From Macrostomum lignano (taxonomy: Eukaryota): 64,000 nucleotides of DNA. The DNA lies in the NCBI GenBank assembly GCA_002269645.1, contig NIVC01000725.1:310296-374295 (forward strand), given 5' to 3'. Every line of letters begins with the position of its first letter. Position 1 is the first letter of the stretch. The notes beneath the pieces are model-generated. The model was not told the origin of the DNA. It ran no database searches and worked only from the letters and a program-made list of their open reading frames with translations. Below are positions 35,740 through 45,460 of this stretch, piece by piece. The position numbers were made by a program, and so were the translations under genes.

Positions 35740-36290
35740 GACTATGCGGCTGTATGAGTGTGAGCTTGCATTTAAGCAAGTCACAGGTCAACTTACCTCA
35801 AGCAAAGTGCTGATTCACTGTGATCCGTCCAAGAAGCTGAAGCTAGAATGTGGCGCTCTCATTTTCCATAAAACAAAGACCAGAGACAGGCCAATCGCCC
35901 ACGCTTCTAGAACACTGTCAGCTACTGAAAAGCAGGAACAGCATGTGAAACCCAGGCAAATCTAGCTATTTCAGTAGATGACAGTGTACGTGTACGTGAC
36001 AGAAACTCTGAAGGATCCGCGGTGTTGAAGCAGATGTCAGGACGGAACTGAAGCCATACTATGACAAGAGACATGAACTGGGGTTGTCACTGGTGTACTA
36101 TACTGCTGCTTGGGATGCGTGTGGTTATTCCTGCAGAGTTTTGCAGACTGGTTCTTACTCGGGCATTGTGCTCACAAAGTCAAAGGCGAGGATGCACTGC
36201 TGGTGGCCCAAAATTGATCAGGACTCTCTCAAGTGTACCTACCACTTCACTGAGACTGAAGCGCGGTGAATTCCCTTAGAGCAACAACCT
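35740..36290 (+). mobile_element. Degenerate Ty3/Gypsy pol fragment (RT-RNaseH connection and integrase zinc-binding start)
   Basis: FKQVTGQLTSSKVLIHCDPSKKLKLEC, RPIAHASRTLSATEK, RVVIP, GIVLTKSKARMHCWWPKIDQD; multiple frameshifts and deletions. Confidence 0.85.
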
Positions 36291-36377
36291 TTCTGCTGCT
36301 TATAACTTTCTACGTCATTACCCGCTGCGAGTCAACTGTTTAGAGCTAGGCCACTTAGTCATTTATTGGATTGGGGG

Positions 36378-36810
36378 ATAAGCAAGCATCCCCGATAGCA
36401 AGCTTCTCCAGATAGTAAGCATCCTCCAGATAGCAAGCATCCCCGATAGCAAGCTTCCCCAGATAGCAAGCATCCTCCAGATAGCAAGCATCCCCGATAG
36501 CAAGCTTCCCCAGATAGCAAGCATCCCCGATAGCAAGCTTCCCCAGATAGCAAGCATCCTCCAGATAGCAAGCATCCCCGATAGCAAGCTTCCCCAGATA
36601 GCAAGCATCCTCCAGATAGCAAGCATCCCCGATAGCAAGCTTCCCCAGATAGCAAGCATCCTCCAGATAGCAAGCATCCCCCAAATAGCAAAGCATCCCC
36701 CAGATAGCAAAGCATCCCCCAGATAGCAAAGCATCTCCCAGATAGCAAGCACCCCCACCCCAAGAGCAAGCATCTCTCAGATAGCCAGCATCCCCCAGAT
36801 AGCAAGCACC
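36378..36810. repeat. 18-bp-based minisatellite (AGATAGCAAGCATCCCCC), same family as 59470-60240 in the opposite orientation
   Basis: Direct reading; higher-order alternation of 17/18-bp variants. Confidence 0.92.
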
Positions 36811-37099
36811 CTTAATGTATAATAGCTTCCTTCTACTTGTCCATGCTTGAAAATTCGGTGGCCATATTGGGCACTCACAGGCAACTAACTTGACATTTTG
36901 GCGAAATTACCCGATCCGCTTGTACATCTAGACTTTGTGGCCTGCATGGCGCATTGGTTAGGTCAGCCGCAAGCCAGTTGCAATTTAAAATTTATACATT
37001 ATATAAACAGGGCTTCATCGCGAATTCTGTTATTCGTGAGTTAATTGCGCTAAACATCGTGGCAGATTTTCCGTCTGTGTGAATTTGCATAAAAAATGA

Positions 37100-37463
37100 T
37101 TTTTTTTATTAGAGGCAGGGGGGTTGTGTGCACCCTGGCGCACTTTAAGCGACATAGGCACACAACCGGCGAGAGGCATTACTGCCCATTCCGCCGACTC
37201 CCCTGAGCAGGCATACAAGCGCGCGGATACGTACGCAGGCACACACTCACAAAGGAGTGTACAGCGGCCCTAACTTTATTTTATCGTTAGGCATGTACAC
37301 TTCACTGCGCCTTCACTGGGGGATGGCCCTCAAGGCCGTTAATTACACGAGCAGAGCCAAGCCTAGATTCCAATTCAGCCCCAAATTAATGTGACTGCAC
37401 TTGGAATCGAGCCTGGCTCGCTGGCACACCAGAGCAGCTGCGCTACCGCTGGGCTACGGCCCC
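37100..37463 (-). mobile_element. tRNA-derived SINE family 2, full-length, 14-bp TSD
   Basis: Minus strand GGCCGTAGCCCAGCGGTAGCG (A box)...GGCTCGATTCC (B box)...CCCCCTGCCTCTAATAAAAAAA tail; TSD GCATAAAAAATGAT at 37087-37100 and 37467-37480. Confidence 0.9.
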
Positions 37464-38592
37464 CTAGCATAAAAAATGATATAATCTGATTAAATTTCCA
37501 CATCCTGCATCTAGCCTTAATGCATTTTCGCCGTTTAAATGGTTTGTCATCCACGCGATAATTTTGGCATTTGCTTGAATTGCATGCGCTAAACGAGTCA
37601 GTGCTTAGAAGTGCAACATTCTCTCTTATGTCGGAACATTCTCTCCTCCCTTCTGGAAGTGGGTAGCGTGCGGGTGTTCGCCGATATCGCTCCTCAGGTG
37701 ATGGGGTCGCCAGTCACTGCGGCGACAGCGAGACCTCAATTACAGCTCAACCGCGCCATGGTCCGCCGGTGGGTCGTTGCACTTGACCAGCTGGCTCCAT
37801 CTGCTGCCTGTTAGAGAATGCAAGCGTGTTGGGCCCTGCTCGAGAGGCTCTTTCAACCCGCTTACCAATTTTTGCTCTCGAACACAGAGTCACGCGAGCT
37901 CTCCTTTACTTGTTGGTGTAGTCAAGGTTTTTGACCTGTCCCTGTGCCAAGCCTTCTGGTTGGGCCGGTCTACTCCGCCGTTGCCTTACAAGCAGTACCG
38001 GCCCGCTTGTATGCGCTGTGCAGCCTCAGTTTATGTGTTTTACCCGTCTGTTTCTATTGGCTGCCAACCTACCATGTCAGTCAAAACTTGAAAATTGGAA
38101 TGCCAAGCAAAAACAGGCCCCTAATACATCTTCACAGTCCCCACGTATTGCATAGGAGGTATAAAATACTCGGAAACTTTTGATTTTACCTGCTTGCTCT
38201 TCTATACGAGTTTGCGAGCTCAGTTTTTCATCCACAACCTTGTTTTGATCTTCTATCCCTGCAAATAAATTCTTATCTCGATCATCCCGCTTTGAGCTGT
38301 GCAAGGTCGTGCTCACCCTTCAGCTCAAACTCGGCTGTGAGCACTAATCGGGCGAATTCAGATCGTTGAGAAGTGTTGAACTTGCACAGTCGAGGATAGA
38401 AAGAAAGGTAGGGGAGAAGACGATTACAGAGGCGCCAAGAAAGCAGGCGGTGGCTTTAAGAGTGTGGTGGGACTCTATCGGGCGTTAGCTGCGAGGATCT
38501 GTGTAATAATAGTCTGAGTAAACTGACTGCGCTTGCATAGATGAGGATTCGTTTATTCAACCGAATCCAGCAGTTTCCGTTCGAGTTTGAAG

Positions 38593-39120
38593 ATGCGCCT
38601 GTGCTGCTGCTTCCGCTGGCGGAACAAATCACTGCTGATGACTTCTGCGGCCTTCGAGAGGCAGCGACTGTGCTGGCGGCTGTGCGTCGGCTGCGTGGTT
38701 TTGCTGCTTGCCTGGAGCCGTGAGTCTGGTGCTGCTTTTCTTATATGAAATAATGATGAGGAATTGCTGTGTGAAGCTGCCTACTCTGCGAGAGGCCAGT
38801 TACCACTGTTTAAAGCAGATTGTCACACATTGTACAAGACTGTAAAACCAACTTATCAAACTGCACACCTAGACTTAGCTGACTCTTACATGTAGCAAAA
38901 AAGTTTCCAAGACTCAAAAAGTGCTGGAAAAGTCAATTCAAAATGAACCTAGGTATCTATTGCAACGAAATTGGAATTCATCCTGGCAACAGCGTCAGGT
39001 TACTTGCCTGGCATGGTGCGGAAGCAATAGCTTACACTTGCTTGGAACATCTTCTAAGCTTTTCTGTCCCGCCTAGCCAGCACAACTGCTTGTTGCACCC
39101 TCGCACTCTCTCTCTCTCTA

Positions 39121-39151
<31 letters not shown>

Positions 39152-42100
39152 GTCATGAATTGATTATAAATTGACTCCATGTGGTGCGCAGGCTTTGTTG
39201 AGACAGAGATAAATCCAGACTATGTCAACATTTGGCTCAGAGTTTGTATTTTCTATCTAAGTAAACCACCTTTTGCTCGTAATTATTTGTTATACTCATA
39301 CCAAACTTGACTGAATTGGAAGCAAGGCGTGTATGTTGAGGGTTACATGAATGTAGTTGTCCACCTAATGCATTTAATGGTTCACCTATAATCAACTGTA
39401 TCTCCGTTCCCTTTATTCTTTCTCCTATCTGTGCTCCCCAACCAGTCTCCTCGCGTCTTTCCATCGGTGTTTGCTGCAGACAAGCTGCGGACCATTTATT
39501 GATACAAGGGGACGCAGCCAACTGTAACTGCGGCCAGAATCATGTAGACGCCTGCATCACAATTCGAATAAAGGAAAAGGAAATTCAACACCCTAGAGAA
39601 CAAAAGAAGTAGGTTTTAGGCTACACGTCTGAAAGAGTGAACATCAACATGGGACACAAGTGTGGACACCTAGTTGGCACCGCGCCTTTATTGCCAGTAC
39701 TGCACACAGGCACTGAACTCATACACAGCTCACACAGGTGCACAGCAACCTTTGACTTTCCAATGCACACCAAGCCCCAAATTAATGAGGCTGAATCGAA
39801 CTAAGGATCGTGGTGGGAGAGTCAAACGTTTTCGAAATATGACCCGTGAGTCATAGAACTGGCCCACTTCGCTTCTCCCTGAGCAGTTCTTCTGCAGAAC
39901 GGGCTGGAACTGCGCGATATCCCTGTTTTGCTCCGCGATCGCGACGCACCCTTCGAGATTCGGGCCGCCCTGCCGAAGGCGTCCGTCTCAGCATCCGGCT
40001 GTCCGGCCAACGCGAGTTGCATCGCCTTCGCCACTCGAGCGTTCGGCAGCTACAGCTACTGGAATGGAGCGCTGCAGCCTGGCCTCGTGCCGAGCTGCGC
40101 CTCTGACTGCCGCGTGTTGGCGGACCCGTCCGAGGCCCACGCCCTGCTGTTCCACGGCTTCGATCTGCCGAGCAGACGTCGACTGCGTCAGATGCGACAG
40201 ACTCAGCCGAGTAGTCAGCTGTGGATCTACTACAGCCAGGAGAGTCCAGTGCACCTACTCACTAACCGGTGCGTTCGCGACTGCCTCATCTCGCCTTGGC
40301 TACCGTTTGCTGGTAGCGCTCTGGCGTTCGTCAAAGAGTTCGCGTTTCCGTCATACCTATTGCGCAACTATCCAGACACAACTGAGGAGGCCGGCTATTT
40401 CAATTGGACTGTCACCTACCGGAGGGATTCAACAATTTACTTACCTCACTCCAGGCTTGCTCGTGCTACAAACAATCAAGAGTAAGTGAATGCAAGATAT
40501 TGGTTATAGGGTAACCTGCGACTAAACTGGCCTCTTTTTTATCAACCTTAAGCGACATTGTTTCAAAATCGGTGAGAGGCATTGTTTCCGTTGCCGCCGA
40601 CTCTCCCGAGCAGGCACACAACCCTAGAAGACATTGACTTGTTGATTCTTAGCAGATCTTGTCTATCTTCTTGGGTTGCTGCGCAAGTACTTGCAAGAAC
40701 ATGCAAGGTCTTCGCTATGATAAATACTTAGGTAAACTTACCAGATCTGCGCGACTTGCTACATCGTACAAGATCTTATCTTTTATATCTTTTTATAGCT
40801 TCGAATCGCATATTTTCTTAAATTTATTGTCTTATCTTGTCAAAAAATAAAATATAGTTCAGCTAGAACACTTTAGCCAAATGAATAACAAAACAAATGT
40901 ACCTCCATCTTAGAAGACCCTGCAAGAACCTAGCAGATTGAGAAGATTGAGAAGATCAAAACAGAATGTCTTCTAGGGAAGCGACTGCAAAGGCATCAAT
41001 TGCACGAGCAGATCAGAACCGAGATTCCAACTTAGACCAAAATGAATATGTATAACTGCACTTGGAATCGAGCCTGGACAGCTGGCACATCAGAGCGCCG
41101 CGCTGGACCACTGGGCTACGGCCGCCATCCAGGCAGACTGACTTCAGCTCAAGCCCTGGTTTCTCACCAACTGATTTAGTGTAGCATTGCACTGACCTTG
41201 TGCAAATCTACAAGCTAGTACACAGATAGAAGAGAAAAAGTAGTGGAACTAGTTAATATATTGCTTGATTGCTGAGGATTTAGTCAATCAAAAGAAAGAA
41301 TTTATTCTTAGTTCCCGAATCTACCTTAAAGAAGACCTACTTTGCAGTTGTAAGGGGGTTGCAGCCCAGTGGTTAGAGCGTCAGACTCACGACTGAAAGG
41401 TTGGAGGTTCGATTCCAGGTCCCATCCTTGAGCAAGACACCTGACTCTGCAGATGTAAAATGGGTGCCAGCATTAACTGAAGTAACTGAGGGTGTGTGGC
41501 GACCCCGCAGTCCTTGGACTGAACAGCCGTACGCAGCCTTCAGATGCGCCGCGCAATAGCTGCGGCTGAGCTGTCGGTTGAACATCTGCTAATTAGGGCA
41601 GGTATAATCAAATCAAAAGAAGACCAGTCTGTAGCAGTAAAACTAACAGATTACAGTAAAGCAATTCATAATGCGTCACGTGAAGTGAACCTTTGCAACC
41701 CGATACTATTGGATACTTTAGTCAAAGGTATTCAGCCTGTTTTGTGAATTGGTGATCTAGTTCAGTGCACCTGTATTTTTGGCATAAGTAAAAAGCTTCT
41801 AATCAATGATTTGAATCCTATCGACCGATCACTGAAGTGAAAATTAACTTTTTTTCAGATACATAACGCTTCCACCGACGGTGTCCCTGGCTGTGAAGAG
41901 GCACCTGAGCTTCATTGTGGTGTCGAACTGTCACCCGTTTAATCGACGTCCTGAGATTCTGTCGGAGCTGTCCAAGCATATGGAGCTTCACATCTACGGC
42001 AGCTGCGGTGACAGAGTCCTGCCAGCCAGACAGAGCATAGCTGACCTTTCAAAGCAGTACTATTTCCACCTGAGCTTTGAGAACGCGTTTTGTCGTGATT

Positions 42101-42483
42101 ACATCACGGAGAAGTTCTTCTCCAACGGGCTGAATGGCCACGCTGTACCAGTGACGTTTGCTGGCTACTCAAGAGAGGACATCGAGGCTGTGGCTCCGCC
42201 GCACTCCTTTCTGTACGCCGGAGACTTTAAATCGCCCATGGCACTGGCCGAGAGATTAAAAAGTTTAGCCGCTAATCCGACAGAGTACAGCGCCTATCAC
42301 CGATGGAGAAGCTCATACGGATTTGTTAATCAAGACCAAAATCCGTCTTATAATTTGTTCTGCCAGATTTGCCGCAAACTGCGCGACAGCCACGCCGATT
42401 CCGCCATGCATCTGGATTTGAACAGATTCTATAACTCTGGTCGGCAGTGCAGACCACCAAATTATTACCCGTTTCATCGTTAG
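38593..42483 (+). CDS. Alpha-1,3-fucosyltransferase (GT10); exons 38593-38719, 39888-40481, 41859-42483
   Basis: Type II membrane N-terminus, ALLFHG, WIYYSQESP, FNWTVTYRRDS, VSNC, HIYGSCG, YYFHLSFENAFCRDYITEKF (alpha-1,3-FucT motif), YHRWR, CQICRKL; phase-consistent GT-AG junctions. Confidence 0.9.
39105..39153. repeat. (CT)n microsatellite
   Basis: Direct reading. Confidence 0.9.
41053..41125 (-). mobile_element. SINE family 2 head fragment (further fragments near 39760-39790 and 40545-40640)
   Basis: CTGCACTTGGAATCGAGCCTGG...CTGGGCTACGGCC matches the head of the 37100 copy. Confidence 0.7.
41352..41635 (+). mobile_element. tRNA-derived SINE family 1, near full-length, in a FucT intron
   Basis: A box GCCCAGTGGTTAGAGCG, B box GGTTCGATTCC, CTTGAGCAAGACACC core, 3' GGGCAGGTATAATCAAATC tail. 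Confidence 0.88.
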
Positions 42484-42491
42484 TAGCACTG

Positions 42492-44092
42492 GGTTCTCTT
42501 TGGGGCTCTCCCCGTATCTGACTTGGTTCTCTTCGGGGCTCTCCCTGTCTCTGACTTGGTTCTCTTTGGGGCTCTCCCTGTCTCTGACTTGGTTCTCTTC
42601 GGGGCTCTCCCTGTCTCTGACTTGGTTCTCTTTGGGGCTCTGCCTGTCTCTGACTTGGTTCTCTTTGGGGCTCTCCCCTTCTCTGACTTGGTTCTCTTTG
42701 GGGCTCTCCCCGTCTCTGACTTAGTTCTCTTTGGGGCTCTCCCCGTCTCTGACTTAGTTCTCTTTGGGGCTCTCCCCGTCTCTGACTTAGTTCTCTTTGG
42801 GGCTCTCCCCGTCTCTGACTTGGTTCTCTTTGGGGCTCTCCCCGTCTCTGACTTAGTTCTCTTTGGGGCTCTCCCCGTCTCTGACTTGGTTCTCTTTGGG
42901 GCTCTCCCCGTCTCTGACTTGGTTCTCTTTGGGGCTCTCCCCGTCTCTGACTTGGTTCTCTTTGGGGCTCTCCCCGTCTCTGACTTGGTTCTCTTTGGGG
43001 CTCTCCCGTCTCTGACTTGGTTCTCTTTGGGGCTCTCCCCGTCTCTGACTTAGTTCTCTTTGGGGCTCTCCCCGTCTCTGACTTGGTTCTCTTTGGGGCT
43101 CTCCCCGTCTCTGACTTGGTTATTGTTATGTCTTGAATTTAAAATAAGCTGCACAAGTCGTCAAGTGGTGCTGCAAAATAATTACGTACTTCTTACGCTC
43201 CAGACCTCTTAAGGTTTTTCTATATTTTAGCTTGCCACACAGCGGGCTTTAAAACTGGCACTGTCTCTTGACTTCATGCGAGCCCATAGATAAAAGCAAA
43301 ACGGTCCAAACTGAAAACATAAATACAAGTACACAGCCAAGTCACATTAGTTCTCTTTGGGGCTCTCCCCGTCTCTGACTTGGTTCTCTTTGGGGCTCTC
43401 CCCGTCTCTGACTTGGTTATTGTTATGTCTTGAATTTAAAATAAGCTGCACAAGTCGTCAAGTGGTGCTGCAAAATAATTACGTACTTCTTACGCTCCAG
43501 ACCTCTTAAGGTTTTTCTATATTTTAGCTTGCCACACAGCGGGCTTTAAAACTGGCACTGTCTCTTGACTTCATGCGAGCCCATAGATAAAAGCAAAACG
43601 GTCCAAACTGAAAACATAAATACAAGTACACAGCCAAGTCACATTAGTTCTCTTTGGGGCTCTCCCCGTCTCTGACTTGGTTCTCTTTGGGGCTCTCCCC
43701 GTCTCTGACTTAGTTCTCTTTGGGGCTCTCCCCGTCTCTGACTTGGTTCTCTTTGGGGCTCTCCCCGTCTCTGACTTGGTTATTGTTATGTCTTGAATTT
43801 AAAATAAGCTGCACAAGTCGTCAAGTGGTGCTGCAAAATAATTACGTACTTCTTACGCTCCAGACCTCTTAAGGTTTTTCTATATTTTAGCTTGCCACAC
43901 AGTGGGCTTTAAAACTGGCACTGTCTCTTGACTTCATGCGAGCCCATAGATAAAAGCAAAACGGTCCAAACTGAAAACATAAATACAAGTACACAGCCAA
44001 GTCACATTAGTTCTCTTTGGGGCTCTCCCTGTCTCTGACTTGGTTCTCTTTGGGGCTCTCCCTGTCTCTGACTTGGTTCTCTTTGGGGCTCT
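42492..44092. repeat. Composite array: 33-bp minisatellite interleaved with three copies of an about 228-bp block
   Basis: Unit CTCTGACTTGGTTCTCTTTGGGGCTCTCCCCGT; near-identical blocks at about 43121-43348, 43418-43646 and 43781-44008. Confidence 0.93.
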
Positions 44093-45460
44093 GACAGACA
44101 GAACTGACTGACAGAACGATAAGCGCGTGCATTGCCTACCAAATTTTACGGTCTTGTTTTTACTAATAAAGCCCTTTCTGTTTATATATGCATAAAATTT
44201 CAAACATTGCGTACAACATACAAAATGTTGTATTGTGGCAAAGTCGCTAGGCTTGCGTTTCTGTAATGACGAGATACAGAGATTTAGCTAATTTGTTCTA
44301 ATAAATACGAGCGTGTTATACACTGCCAAATTTATCTAAATCAAGCGAGACGAAGCTTTACAAAAATGAAGCTCGCGTTAAAGATTAGATGAGGCATACA
44401 GGATCGTGGCTTTTGTGCATGAGCCTGCTAAGCGTTGTTTCTGAACTATTTTCGCTCCGTTTCTCAGTGCCAGTGTGTCCAGTCTACAAGAATGTTGAGC
44501 GCAAGGCTGCTTATATAAATTAGGAATTCTGCAACTTAGCTATTAGAAAAAAAGGAAATCTATAAAGCATTCAGCATTGCTTTCCTGCCTACTAAAAGTA
44601 GCGTAAAATGTATAATTAGCCTGTTTGTATTATGAATAGCTGGGGCCAGTGTCATGAAGGAAGTACAAGTTTCTCACTATTGATACAGCAGAAAGAGGAG
44701 TGACAAAGGGGATGTCAAAATGGAGCCCGAGACATTCGGTCTGGACTTCTTTACGCCAGTCTCTTTTTTATTTGGAGTCAAATAGCTCCCGTTATGCCTA
44801 AATGATGGGATTGGCTTTTTTCTGGAGTCTCAAGTTCAAATGAAATCCCCATCTATCTCGTTTCTCCCCATAAAGATCCCCAAATGTCTCAAAGGTTTTA
44901 GGCGAAGTCGGTTCGGTTGTCGGTTTCATAAAACAAAACGTTGATTGCAAGTAAATTGATTACAATTGACTACAATTTGTTACAATTGATTGTATTGATT
45001 ACGTATAACCGCACCTCTGAAGTCCGTTAGTTCATTCTGCTACATTTGCGACCAATCTGAGGCGCATTCTCGCAAATTAGCCTGGATCTTATTTACTAAA
45101 ACATCAGGAGCAGCTAATTAGAGTGCAGCGGTATAGGGGCGAGGCTGGTTGCTAGCCATGCCATGCAGTAGCTTTTCATTCGCTATTTTTCGCACGGATG
45201 CCTGCAACGCAGTCTCGCAGGAAATGGATTATTTTTGCATTGAAGACAGAAAAATGGGTCGGATAGGCGTTGAGTTCGGCAATTATGGGCTAGCCAGGCA
45301 TTCTGAATAGTTGGGGAAAACTTCCCCGTGACGAAGCATTAGCGATGCCATTGGCTGGGCCAGGCTGCTTCGAGAGCATACAAAAGTCCCGTTTGGCTAT
45401 GCCCTCATCCTTACTTTGACTCCATCTATCCGAACACAACGAATAGTTAGCATAGCATTG

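Noticed and set aside
37620-38320. Gypsy 3' end with polypurine tract (AGAAGGGAGGAGAGAA-TGT on the minus strand)
   Set aside because: No identifiable integrase motifs or LTR partner.
41352-41430. tRNA gene
   Set aside because: A and B boxes are present but there is no acceptor stem and the sequence continues into a repeated SINE body; the same applies at 19592, 36890, 37390-37463 and 41053.
42492-44092. CRISPR-like look (33-bp repeats with interspersed blocks)
   Set aside because: Repeats are mostly directly adjacent, the interspersed blocks are identical, there are no cas genes, and the context is eukaryotic.
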